From assembly GCA_038231455.1 (NCBI GenBank), contig JBBRLI010000006.1:64001-128000 (forward strand): a DNA stretch of 64,000 nt, written 5' to 3'. Position numbers and translations under genes: made by a program. The notes beneath the pieces were generated by a model. That model had not been told where the DNA came from and searched no databases. It saw only the letters and a list, made by a program, of their open reading frames with translations. The DNA is from Vulcanimicrobiales bacterium. GTDB taxonomy: Bacteria; Vulcanimicrobiota; Vulcanimicrobiia; Vulcanimicrobiales; Vulcanimicrobiaceae. Shown piece after piece: positions 49,164 through 58,782 of this stretch. Numbering within the stretch: position 1 is the stretch's first letter; each line of letters starts with the position of its first letter.

Positions 49164-49880
49164 GTGAATTATCGCGCAGTCGCCGCCGAATTTTTTGGCT
49201 CGGTCTTCTTGCTCTTGGCCGTCGTCGGGTCGGGAATTATGGCGGAACGGCTTAGCGGCGGAAACGTCGGCGTCGCGCTCCTTGCGAACACCATCGCGAC
49301 CGGTGGAGCCCTCATCGCGCTTATTTTAGCTTTCGGACCCGTATCCGGCGCGCACTTCAATCCAGCCGTGACCCTGGCCGATGCGTGGCAACGCGGACTC
49401 GCTTGGTCGATGGTCATGCCGTATTTTATCGCTCAGATCGCTGGCGCAATACTTGGGACGGCGCTTGCGAACACGCTGTTCGGCCTGCCGGTTTTTTTTG
49501 CTTCGCACCACTCGCGCTCGGGCGCGGTCCTGCTCGTTAGTGAGTTCGTCGCGACCTTTGGGCTGCTCGCCGTCATCTGGGGCTGCGTACGCTCGCGCCC
49601 ATCGGTAACTCCGTTTGCCGTCGCCGCATATATCGTTGGGGCATACTGGTTCACGCCGTCCACCTCGTTCGCAAATCCCGCTGTGACGATCGCTCGTTCA
49701 CTCACCGATACGTTCGCGGGGATTCGGCCGCAAGATGCCCCGGGTTTTATCATCGTTCAGTTCGCCGGTGCAATCGCGGCGACCGCGCTCTTCGCCTGGC
49801 TAGCCCCGATCTCTTCGGCCACGGCAAAAGCCGTTGTCGTCCCACATTCGAAGGAGAGCCGTGAACTTGTCAGCCGCTAA
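49164..49880 (+). CDS. MIP/aquaglyceroporin (AqpS-like arsenite channel)
   Basis: SGAHFNPAV and STSFANPAV; ars context. Confidence 0.9.
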   Translation: MNYRAVAAEFFGSVFLLLAVVGSGIMAERLSGGNVGVALLANTIATGGALIALILAFGPVSGAHFNPAVTLADAWQRGLAWSMVMPYFIAQIAGAILGTALANTLFGLPVFFASHHSRSGAVLLVSEFVATFGLLAVIWGCVRSRPSVTPFAVAAYIVGAYWFTPSTSFANPAVTIARSLTDTFAGIRPQDAPGFIIVQFAGAIAATALFAWLAPISSATAKAVVVPHSKESRELVSR

Positions 49881-50280
49881 CCAGACGCCATTCGTGTTGT
49901 TCGTTTGTCGGCACAACACCGGCCGTTCGCAGATGGCGGAAGCGTATCTGCGGCACTTCGCGGGCGATAAAATCGAAGTCGCCTCAGCGGGAACGATCGC
50001 CGCCGCGGTCCCCGATCCGCGCGTTGTCGCGATCATGGCGGAGGATGGTATCGATATCAGTGCTGCGCGGCCAAAACTGCTCGACGCGGAGAAAGCCAAG
50101 ATCGCCGATCGCATTATAACGATGGGTTGCGATGTTGAAGGCGTGCCTCGGATCGATGCAGATTGGGGTCTTGCCGATCCCAAAGGTCAGCCGCCTGAGG
50201 CCGTTCGCGAGATTCGGAACACGATCAAAGAAAAAGCCCGCGAGTTAGCGGCCGCCCTACTTGGAACGAACAAAGCTTAG
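49861..50280 (+). CDS. arsC: Arsenate reductase (LMW-PTP family)
   Basis: LFVCRHNTGRSQMAEA, ITMGC, DWGLADPKG. Confidence 0.85.
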   Translation: MNLSAANQTPFVLFVCRHNTGRSQMAEAYLRHFAGDKIEVASAGTIAAAVPDPRVVAIMAEDGIDISAARPKLLDAEKAKIADRIITMGCDVEGVPRIDADWGLADPKGQPPEAVREIRNTIKEKARELAAALLGTNKA

Positions 50281-50330
50281 ACTCGGTGGGGTCTGCCCCG
50301 ACGCCGACTTGCAAGGACCGTGCATCACCT

Positions 50331-53300
50331 TTAAACGGTGATCGCCATTCCGCGATAAATACGCGAACGATAGCGACTGTCGTCGGCGGCGGGTAGTGGG
50401 CCGGATTCAAGGACGAGCGCGCGCGCGAAACGGTCGAGTTCTTCTTGTTGCTCGCTCGTATTACGCGGTTCTTCGCTTTGCACACGGCGCGTGACGTTGA
50501 TCTGATTGACCGGCACTTCATGCACGAGACGTTCGTTCTCGACGGCAATCGTTGCGGTAAGGGCGTGCAGTGTGGTCTTGATGAAATTCGCCAGCGCAAA
50601 TTCCACCGGGTTGCCGCCAAATGGAACGTCGGGGGAGACGAAGACCAGTCGCACGTCTTCGAGCAGTGACACCGTTCGTGCGACGCGAAAGTGATTGGTG
50701 ATATTCTCCTCGATCATCGCTTCGAATCCGGGTCCATCGAGAGCGTGATCGCCTTCGAAAAGCGCGTTCGGTAAGAGACCGAGCGGCATGGAGACGACAG
50801 CCGCCGGGTTCGGATATTCGCTCAGTGCGCGATCGAGCCCGGTCTCGAGGTCCGCGCCGATGACGATGTCGACGATGCGTTCCGCGATCGTCGATCCGAC
50901 GCGTTGACGGACGTGTTTTACTGCTTGTTGCGTGCACGTGATTAGCACCACGCGATCGACGCCGCACTCTTCGACATACGCACGGGCCGCGCGCACCATG
51001 TGTTCGATCGGATGCTCGCCGACGATCCAGACGTTTCGCCCGCGCAGTTGCGCCACGCGCTCGTCCTTCGAGCGACCGAAGAGTTCTCGCTCGGTAATCG
51101 AGCGTTCTTGGCGCAGACCGCCCGAGGGTTGAAACGTTTCGCCCGAGACGGCGCGATCGGCAAGGAAGTACACCGTCGCAAGCGCGACTTCGAGTTCGCT
51201 CGGCATATGCTGCAAATGCAGCATTTTTAGCACCCCCGACCGCACTTTTTCCGCTTCGCGTTCGACCTCGCGCGGTGCAAAGAATGGTTCGGCGGGACGT
51301 TGTGCGATGCCGCATTTGACGTCATCTGAGAGACGATGGCTGCGCTGCAAACGCTCGCAAAGCTTTCGTGAGATATCTTCGTCCATCAGCGCCGTAGCGA
51401 ATGATGAACCTTCGCTTGCGGCCGCCCCCTTCACGATTGCATCGCAGAGATTGCGCAGCGTCGCGGGCGTTGAAGGATCAGCGATGATCTCCGCAATGTC
51501 GTTCCGCATTGCCGCCTGCAGGAACAGATGCGTTTCGCCGCCCGTGCGCACGTGCGCGATCGCCGCGGCGTAGATTGCATTCAGTCTCTTTGCGGCTAAA
51601 ATCAGCTTGCCGCGGCGTTCGAAGAGACCCGGTCCGCCGCCCGTGCCGGCGAGACGGTCGCCCGCAACCGGTCCTGGGGCGATTGCGTTGATTTGAATTT
51701 CGGGACCGACGAATTGCGCGAGCGTCTCGACGATTGCGCGCTGCCCGGCTTTGGATACGGCATAGTCGCTTCGATTGGGATAGGCGACGGCAACGTATTT
51801 CTCTCCGCCGAAGTACGAGCTAACGTTAAGAATGTAGCCGCTGCCGCGCTTTTTCATCTCTGGAACGACGCGCGCCATCAGCGCAAAGTTCGAGATCAGG
51901 TTGGCTTTGAGCGTTCGGCGCCAGCTCTCGAGCGGCATATCGACGACCATTTGTTCGGCCCCCGCTATCCCGGCATTGTTAATGAGATAGTCGATCGAAC
52001 CGAACCGGGAAAGACCACGATCGATCGCAAGGGCGAGCGTCGCGTCGTCTGCGACATCGACGCCGTCGAGTGTTTCGATTCGCGCCGCGGCGTCGTCGTA
52101 GCCGATGGCCGTGAGTTCGCTAACGATATTCTTGCGCATCGTTGCGAGTTGATCCGCACGACGCGCAGCGATGATCACCCGCGCGCCCGCGATTGCCAGC
52201 AGTCGAGCGATCTGGCCGCCAATACCGGCGGAACCTCCCGTAATGAAGGCGACTTTGCCGCGATGGAGGCCGATGAGGCTCTCGCTTGCGCCAAACGTAG
52301 CGCGGGTCGCGCCCGTGCCTTCGCCAAGCGAATCGGGTAAGTACAGATTCACGGGCTTCGTGCGCCGGTTGGTGTAAAGAAGTTTCGCTGTCCACGCCGC
52401 TGCGAACCGCAGCCCTTCGTCTTCGGTATTCGTCCAGCGCACGATTTGATTTGACCAGTCGGCAAAGGGCCGTTTACCAGCCGACGCGTCGAGTTCCGAT
52501 TCGTCACGCCAAACGCGCACGAGCTGTTCTACCGCGGCGCGCCAGATATCGCCATAGACGTTGCCGCGACCGTCGTCTCCGTTCCCGAGAAAAACGACGC
52601 GCGGGTTAGCGCCGATGCGGGCGGTACTCCAATACCGTCCGAGTTCGCGCGCAATCACGATCGCGCCCACGATCTCGCCGTCCAAGAACGCGTCGACGTC
52701 CTCATCGCTGGCGTCGGCCAGCGGCTTGGTGAAATGCTTGGGACCGAACGCGGGCAAAATGACGGCGCCGTGCACGGCACCCGATGTGCGCCGCAACATC
52801 GTTGCGACCGCGTCGGGATCGCGCCGGTCGAGTGCGAGCGTGCGAATGTTGCGATCGAGTTCCAAGTCTCCGAGCTTCGAAGATGCGCTCGTGAGCGCCG
52901 CGTCGTTTGGGACGCTAAGCAAGACCGTAGCTCCGCATTCCGCGTGCGCTCGTGCAACGGCGATGCCGGCTTCGACATCTTCGCCTGAGACGACAAGCAC
53001 GGTACGTCCCGACGCATCGACGATGCGTAGACCGGGACGTGCGGTAAACGTGCTGCGACTTTCCTGTCGCACAAGCATGCCGTGCGTGATCTCGAAGTTG
53101 TGTCCGCTGATCGCGCCCGAATCGTCACTGCCGAGAAAAACCGTCGTGGATGCCACATCGCCAATCGTCGGAAACGGTGTGGCAGGAATGGCGTCCGTGC
53201 CGCCGTTCCGTGAGAGCGTCATCATATCGGTGATCTCGTTTGCCGTGGTGCCGGAAGGCGCGCTGCGGAGGGCGTCCATCGAAGCAAATACGCTATGGAT

Positions 53301-53966
53301 GCGCTCGCTCTCGATCGGGCCGGGAAAGACGGTATTCACGCGAATGCCGCGCTCGCCAAGTTCGTATGCCAGGCGCCGCGACCACGCATTGAGTGCAGCC
53401 TTTGGTACGACGTACCCCGCGCGTCCGAAATAGGCCGTGCGCGAAAAAATTGTGGAAATATTAATGATCGAGGCACCCGGCGCCAAATGTGGAGCTGCGG
53501 CGCGTACGACATTCCATGCCACGCCGAAAAGGTTTCGAGCGGCATCGCCGACCGTCTCGGTGTCGCTTGCACCACCCGCTCGCAGACGCTCGAGATCCGC
53601 GTTCGATATCGGCACGTTTTCGAGTTGTTGGCGTGGTCCGGCGGACCCGGCATTATTCACCAGGACGTCAATTCGGCCGAAGTGCTCGAGGATGCGTGCA
53701 ATACCCGCACGCGCTTGCACGGGATCGCCTGCGTCAAATGGGCTCACGAAGATGCGATCGGCATCAACGTCGGTCTCGGCGATCAGCTTGATTCGGGCGT
53801 TGGCAAGTTTGTCGCCGTCACGCCCGACCATGGCAATCCGTGCTCCCTCAGCAAGGTAACGGCGCGATATTTCGCCGCCAATATTGCCCGCGGCTCCCGT
53901 GATGACCGCGACCTTGCCCGCAAGTCGCAAAACGGGGAGAGACCGGACCGAGTCGACTGAAGCCAT
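50331..53966 (-). CDS. mcr: Bifunctional malonyl-CoA reductase (Chloroflexus-type, malonyl-CoA to 3-hydroxypropionate)
   Basis: About 1211 aa tandem SDR. N-half: ITGAAGNIG, NNAGSAGP, FSRTAYFGRAGYVVPK, PGPIESERI. C-half: ITGGSAGIGGQI, SSYFGGEK...YPNRSDYAVSKAGQR, SGETFQPSGGL. C-terminus IYRGMAITV. Confidence 0.9.
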   Translation of the reverse strand: MASVDSVRSLPVLRLAGKVAVITGAAGNIGGEISRRYLAEGARIAMVGRDGDKLANARIKLIAETDVDADRIFVSPFDAGDPVQARAGIARILEHFGRIDVLVNNAGSAGPRQQLENVPISNADLERLRAGGASDTETVGDAARNLFGVAWNVVRAAAPHLAPGASIINISTIFSRTAYFGRAGYVVPKAALNAWSRRLAYELGERGIRVNTVFPGPIESERIHSVFASMDALRSAPSGTTANEITDMMTLSRNGGTDAIPATPFPTIGDVASTTVFLGSDDSGAISGHNFEITHGMLVRQESRSTFTARPGLRIVDASGRTVLVVSGEDVEAGIAVARAHAECGATVLLSVPNDAALTSASSKLGDLELDRNIRTLALDRRDPDAVATMLRRTSGAVHGAVILPAFGPKHFTKPLADASDEDVDAFLDGEIVGAIVIARELGRYWSTARIGANPRVVFLGNGDDGRGNVYGDIWRAAVEQLVRVWRDESELDASAGKRPFADWSNQIVRWTNTEDEGLRFAAAWTAKLLYTNRRTKPVNLYLPDSLGEGTGATRATFGASESLIGLHRGKVAFITGGSAGIGGQIARLLAIAGARVIIAARRADQLATMRKNIVSELTAIGYDDAAARIETLDGVDVADDATLALAIDRGLSRFGSIDYLINNAGIAGAEQMVVDMPLESWRRTLKANLISNFALMARVVPEMKKRGSGYILNVSSYFGGEKYVAVAYPNRSDYAVSKAGQRAIVETLAQFVGPEIQINAIAPGPVAGDRLAGTGGGPGLFERRGKLILAAKRLNAIYAAAIAHVRTGGETHLFLQAAMRNDIAEIIADPSTPATLRNLCDAIVKGAAASEGSSFATALMDEDISRKLCERLQRSHRLSDDVKCGIAQRPAEPFFAPREVEREAEKVRSGVLKMLHLQHMPSELEVALATVYFLADRAVSGETFQPSGGLRQERSITERELFGRSKDERVAQLRGRNVWIVGEHPIEHMVRAARAYVEECGVDRVVLITCTQQAVKHVRQRVGSTIAERIVDIVIGADLETGLDRALSEYPNPAAVVSMPLGLLPNALFEGDHALDGPGFEAMIEENITNHFRVARTVSLLEDVRLVFVSPDVPFGGNPVEFALANFIKTTLHALTATIAVENERLVHEVPVNQINVTRRVQSEEPRNTSEQQEELDRFARALVLESGPLPAADDSRYRSRIYRGMAITV

Positions 53967-54019
53967 CCTGAACGTGATCCCCACAAGAGAAGAAGCCGTT
54001 GGTCGCCAGAAGCCCCCTT

Positions 54020-54060
54020 ATAATACCCAACCATTGATGAATAGCAACCCATCCAATGGT
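54020..54060 (-). promoter_or_regulatory. Putative mcr promoter with inverted-repeat operator
   Basis: Minus strand TTGCTA-N16-TATTAT; ACCATTG-N17-CAATGGT (54030-54060) spans the -35. Confidence 0.5.
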
Positions 54061-54179
54061 AGAATCTTTGGCGGGGTCTGCCTGAACCGGAAAAAATCTT
54101 CCGGGGGAGGACGCCTGTCGGTAGCCGGGCGAGTCGGGCTGCCGGATACCGAGAACCGAATAGACATCAACGGCGCCCG

Positions 54180-56702
54180 CTACGGGAGATGTAGACGGAT
54201 CGCGTGCCAGACGAGGCCCGGCTCGTACCGGTGGGTCACGACGCCCGTCTCGTGATCCATGGCGTAGAGTCGTAGCCAGCGATTATCGACCAGGTTGCGG
54301 ACCGAATCGTGCTTCGCGATAACGGCATCCATCGCGGCCGTTGGAGCAGCGATGATCACATTGAGACGTTGCGGCTCGTGCATGAACCGCTCCCCATCGT
54401 GCACCGATTGCCAGGGAAGCCCAACCCGAAGATCGCCAGCGTTCCCTTCGAGCACCCCAAGACACCCGGTGACGTTGTGTAAGACCTTATTGCCGGCGCC
54501 GAAGAGTCGATTGTTCACGACCGAACCGTAATATTGAAGATTGATCCAGCTTGCAACGACCATCGGCGCCACCATGATCAGTTCGAGGACGCCGCGGGTC
54601 GTGTCGAGATCGAAGCGGTAATCGTGCAAAAAGGCGCGGCCTTCGAAATCGATGCCGCGCGTGAACTCACGCGGCGCGGCGATGAATGCCGCGTTGTTTG
54701 CCAGTGCCCATTCGGGCCGCACTTGCGCCCAATCGCGGCTACGCACCAGCACGCGACGGTCCGTGTTCTCATCGACCGGGATACCCATGAGCGGCGCGCG
54801 TTCGCGCCGCGTGATCGCGCTCGAGGTTCGAAGCCACCCGTGAACGTCGGTAATTAGCGGGCGATGCGAGCTTGGCAACCGATCCTCATCGTAGATCGTA
54901 ATTTCATCGGTCGTTGTGTCGTGCAGGCAGCCTAGGAACCATGTATCATCTGGAATATCGATTCCGCGGCTACGCAGGCCGACGCGAACACCCGGATCGT
55001 TGCAGATGTCCGCTGCCACGCGCGCGTTGGCCTCGCCGGTATGCCCGCCACATGCTCCGCAATCGAGTCCCGATGCGTGCGGGTTGTTGACGGTCGTGCT
55101 ACCGTGACCGACCATCATGACCAGCGGCGCGAAGTTTCCTTTCATTGACATCGCGCCGAGCACGGCTTCCGCCATGTCGATCTTTTTTTCATCGGTAAAT
55201 CCGGTCGGGCTTCCGCCATCGTTACGCGCCTCGATTTCGGGACCGAGCTTTTGAATCGTCGTCGCGTCAAGACCGTCCGTATTGGGGTCGGTGGTCGGTC
55301 GCGTGAGTGCAAGGCTATCGGTCAGAATTTTACCCGCGAACAAGATGCCGCCGGTTTTGACGAAAATGAACGATGAAACAGCCGAGAGTTTAAACGACTT
55401 CCAGGCCTTATACGCGCGTCGTCGCAAGAGCCGCAGACCGAGGATCTCGGCGTTATCATCGCGCGAGACGCTTTGAACGACTTGTCGTACCGTAAATGCG
55501 GGCGTGAGCAGGACGGGACACTGCGCACCTCCGCGCAGGTGTCCGATCGGCACGTACTCGATCGGGTAGCCAAAGAAACCCGCAAATCCAATCGTTTGCA
55601 CACCCGGCGCTACGCTCTCTAAGGCCCGCCGGTACACTTCGGAACGAACGTCGATGCAGAAAGCCGCTTGCAACTGCGGGCGCGCAGCAACTGCAACGAC
55701 GGCGGGGGATCCGAGCTTCGCGAGAAGCCGCCGCTCGTACGCCGCCTCGTATGCTTCTTGCGCAAGAATATCGATGCTCAGTTCGGGATCATCCCCGAGT
55801 CGCTCGTCCAGCGGAATTGAGGCAGCGTCGTGCATCGCGCGCTCCCAAGCAGAACGGAATTCCGTATCGGAGCGTTGCATGAAAAGCGCGTATCCCCAAA
55901 CCACGCGGATCGCGAGCAACTGAACCAGTGCATCGTTGGTGCCGCCGTAGAGTTCGCTCTCCCAGACGAGATACCGCGCGTACGATGCCCAACCCGCGAT
56001 GTCGAGGAGCGTTTGATGCAAGTACTCGACGAGTGCACGCGGTGGGACGCCGAGCTTCTCGACGACTTCCGCGATAGCTGCGACGGGATCAGCCGGCATG
56101 CTTGCCACGATCCGGCGGAAGCCGGCGATGCCCATGACTTCGGGATTGCGATCGTACTGCATTGCTGCGCGCCACGCGGCAAACGGTCGTAGTTCGCGCT
56201 CGGGTAATTGCCAGACCGTCTGTCCTTCATCAAAATACGCCGCGCTGAATCGTGAAATCTCATCGATCATGAACGCGGTGCCCGAGACCTGGCGATTGCC
56301 CTCGGCGAGCGCGTCGATGATCTCCGCGACACTAGCGACGTGCGCGGGGTGCTTTCTGCGTGCACCTTCCTCCAGCGCGAGCGACTCTTTGAATTCCGCT
56401 ACCGTCTTGGGTGCCTGCCATTCGTGCGGCGCAGCGAAGAGCGCCGTCGCGATATCGGCGTCTTCGATTCGTCCGCTCGCGAGCGCTTCGCGGTAGAACG
56501 AGCGCGGCATCAGCATATCGGCACGCGCCACCCGGTACATCGTGGCGCACGTCGCGTGAAAGCTTTGGTGCGTGAATCCAAGAAATGGATTGACGGCGAC
56601 AAAGTGTTTGAGCGGCCAGAGCGGCGCAATGCGATTGCAGGCTTGTGCGATCACCGATTCGAGATCGATTGTCTTGAGCGTTTCGGGAACGTTGAGGGTC
56701 AT
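54180..56702 (-). CDS. dabA: DabA (DUF2309) beta-carbonic-anhydrase-like subunit of DIC pump
   Basis: IAPLWPLKHFVAVNPFLG; Zn ligands FCIDVRSE, GHGS, LDCGACGG; WAQVRPEW; WINLQYY. Confidence 0.95.
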   Translation of the reverse strand: MTLNVPETLKTIDLESVIAQACNRIAPLWPLKHFVAVNPFLGFTHQSFHATCATMYRVARADMLMPRSFYREALASGRIEDADIATALFAAPHEWQAPKTVAEFKESLALEEGARRKHPAHVASVAEIIDALAEGNRQVSGTAFMIDEISRFSAAYFDEGQTVWQLPERELRPFAAWRAAMQYDRNPEVMGIAGFRRIVASMPADPVAAIAEVVEKLGVPPRALVEYLHQTLLDIAGWASYARYLVWESELYGGTNDALVQLLAIRVVWGYALFMQRSDTEFRSAWERAMHDAASIPLDERLGDDPELSIDILAQEAYEAAYERRLLAKLGSPAVVAVAARPQLQAAFCIDVRSEVYRRALESVAPGVQTIGFAGFFGYPIEYVPIGHLRGGAQCPVLLTPAFTVRQVVQSVSRDDNAEILGLRLLRRRAYKAWKSFKLSAVSSFIFVKTGGILFAGKILTDSLALTRPTTDPNTDGLDATTIQKLGPEIEARNDGGSPTGFTDEKKIDMAEAVLGAMSMKGNFAPLVMMVGHGSTTVNNPHASGLDCGACGGHTGEANARVAADICNDPGVRVGLRSRGIDIPDDTWFLGCLHDTTTDEITIYDEDRLPSSHRPLITDVHGWLRTSSAITRRERAPLMGIPVDENTDRRVLVRSRDWAQVRPEWALANNAAFIAAPREFTRGIDFEGRAFLHDYRFDLDTTRGVLELIMVAPMVVASWINLQYYGSVVNNRLFGAGNKVLHNVTGCLGVLEGNAGDLRVGLPWQSVHDGERFMHEPQRLNVIIAAPTAAMDAVIAKHDSVRNLVDNRWLRLYAMDHETGVVTHRYEPGLVWHAIRLHLP

Positions 56703-56705
56703 TTG

Positions 56706-58316
56706 CTACAACGGCCTCGCGGTGGATGAGAGCGGTTTTGGCGCGGGCGCCGGCCAGAGGCGCACGACGATACGGTTCGCTAGCGTGTTGACATACAGGC
56801 CGTTTGCAACGTGGGCATACATCGCGCGCCATCGGGGCGAAGTAAAGCGGCCCGGCACCCAGTTTTGCAAAAACACGATAACGGCAAAGGCCACGATGAC
56901 CGCTCCGACCAGGGCGATGTCGAGCGGGCCGCGGGCAGGCGCCGCCGGCACCGCGCCGGCAAGCAGAAATTCCATCGTGTACTGGAGGCCAAAATACGCC
57001 GCTGCGATCGCGATGGCCGTCAGCACGGTCCGGCCGACAACGTAGAAGTTGGGCCGGTTTTCAATGCTGCGCGCGAGCAGGTGGACGATGCTGAGCAGCA
57101 GCGTTGCGCCGAGCGCGAACACGCCCGGCTTTTCGGCGATGTCCGCGCCGAAGAGGCGCCCGACGATCGCGACCGCAGCAATGACCATGATGATGACGAA
57201 AATCAAACGCCCCGCGTTCGGTTTGCCTTCGGGCTTTGGCGTGTACGAAGCGCGGGAGATGTCGATCACGCTACCCGAGGATAAGAACGCGTGTGCTTTG
57301 TAGCATGAGTGCGCGACGATGTGCAGGAGCGCTGCGGGAAACGCTCCGATTCCGCACTCGAAGAGCATAAATCCCATCTGCGCCACCGTCGAGTACGCGA
57401 GTGTCACCTTGATGGAACTCTGGGTTAGCATCACCACCGAGCCAAAGAGCGCGGTGAAGCCGCCCACGATGACCAGCGTGTCGAGCGCAGGCAGCGAGAG
57501 CACGATTAAACCGGCAAAGCGCAAGACAAGAAAACCACCGGCATTGATGATGCCGGCGTGCAGCAGCGAAGAAACGGGTGTCGGCGTTTCCATCACTTCG
57601 ATCAGCCAACCGTGTGTCGGGAATTGGGCCGAGGTGAGCAGTGCCGCTAGCACCAGCAACATCGCGGCAACCGAGATGCCGCCGGGCACCGTTGCACCGT
57701 GCAACGCGGCGACGCCGGCGAATACCACACCGTAATCGAGGCTCCCGAAATTGAAGTAGATGAGCACGGCGGCTGCGACGATGCACGTCTCAGCAAGCCG
57801 GCTGACAATAAACTTCTTGCGTCCGGCGAGCACGGCTGCGGGACGGCCGGGATAGAACAAGAGTAATTGCTGCAGGCAGAGCGCCGTCGCGATCCAGGCG
57901 AAGGCGAGCAGCGCTACGTTTCCGGCAATAATTGCGATCAGAATCGAGGCGAGCGTGAGGCAGAGGAATCGCGTGAAACGTACATGCGCCGGATCGCCGT
58001 CGAGGTAGTTCTTGCTGTACAGCGTGACGATGACGCCGACGAAAGCAACGAGGCAATACATCGTGGCGCTAAGCGAGTCGAGGTAGAGTGCCAAGCCGAC
58101 CCCATTCGCACCGAGTGTCTCGGTGTGGAGCGGCCCCTTCGCAACAACCGCGACCGCCGCCGAAACGGCGGTAAGTAGCGCGACGCCGGCGGCCGCAATC
58201 GCGAGCCGATTATACCGTACGGCGGCGCGCAATTTCCGTTCTCCGGGTAGCAGTCCGACCAAGAGCAAACCAATTGGCCCCGCAGCGGCCAGCCACAAGC
58301 TATTCACCCAAGTCAA
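56706..58316 (-). CDS. dabB: DabB (NuoL/ND5-like) membrane subunit of DIC pump
   Basis: SAQFPTHGWLIEVMETPTPVSSLLHAG, STVAQMGFM, HIVAHSCYKAHAFL; adjacent to dabA; no other nuo genes nearby. Confidence 0.93.
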   Translation of the reverse strand: MTWVNSLWLAAAGPIGLLLVGLLPGERKLRAAVRYNRLAIAAAGVALLTAVSAAVAVVAKGPLHTETLGANGVGLALYLDSLSATMYCLVAFVGVIVTLYSKNYLDGDPAHVRFTRFLCLTLASILIAIIAGNVALLAFAWIATALCLQQLLLFYPGRPAAVLAGRKKFIVSRLAETCIVAAAVLIYFNFGSLDYGVVFAGVAALHGATVPGGISVAAMLLVLAALLTSAQFPTHGWLIEVMETPTPVSSLLHAGIINAGGFLVLRFAGLIVLSLPALDTLVIVGGFTALFGSVVMLTQSSIKVTLAYSTVAQMGFMLFECGIGAFPAALLHIVAHSCYKAHAFLSSGSVIDISRASYTPKPEGKPNAGRLIFVIIMVIAAVAIVGRLFGADIAEKPGVFALGATLLLSIVHLLARSIENRPNFYVVGRTVLTAIAIAAAYFGLQYTMEFLLAGAVPAAPARGPLDIALVGAVIVAFAVIVFLQNWVPGRFTSPRWRAMYAHVANGLYVNTLANRIVVRLWPAPAPKPLSSTARPL

Positions 58317-58432
58317 CGTACGCCACGCCTTTCGTTTAAAACACTCGTGATGGAGTTAATCAAAGCGAGGCCGCCTAAAAGGGAGGCGACGATCACTCGA
58401 ACGAGCCCTGCAGGGACTGGACACACGAATCG

Positions 58433-58474
58433 CATAACATGAACTCTATTGCATGTTTTGATACCATAGTCGCG
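58433..58474. promoter_or_regulatory. Operator inverted repeat and leaderless promoter of wHTH regulator
   Basis: AACATG-N10-CATGTT (58436-58457); TG-a-TACCAT-N6-GTG(58474). Confidence 0.55.
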
Positions 58475-58782
58475 TGAGTGTCGTCAAGAAGCGCGCCGTC
58501 GGATCCGAGGCGCGAACCGGCTGGACGTTTTTGACCAATCACGCGCATGTCTTGATCGCGCTTACGCGCGACCCGTTAGCGCGTGTTCGAGACCTCGCGC
58601 TCTCGGTTGGCATCACCGAGCGAGCGATTTTGCAAATCCTTTCCGACCTCGAAGCGGGCGGCGTGATCGAGCGCCTGCGCGAGGGCCGCCGGAACACCTA
58701 CCGGATCAATAAAGAGGTCCGTTTGCGACACCCGCTCGAGTCCAACCACCGAATCGATGAGCTTCTGACGCTCGCGCGATAA
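58474..58782 (+). CDS. Winged-helix (MarR/ArsR-like) regulator, divergent from dabBA
   Basis: WTFLTNHAHVL, RDLALSVGITERA, REGRRNTY, LRHPLE. Confidence 0.85.
   Translation: MSVVKKRAVGSEARTGWTFLTNHAHVLIALTRDPLARVRDLALSVGITERAILQILSDLEAGGVIERLREGRRNTYRINKEVRLRHPLESNHRIDELLTLAR

Noticed and set aside
50288-54082. Tn3-like terminal repeats (GGGGTCTG)
   Set aside because: Direct rather than inverted orientation, similarity only about 8 bp, and no transposase
56706-58316. NADH dehydrogenase subunit nuoL
   Set aside because: No other nuo genes nearby; adjacency to DUF2309 indicates dabB
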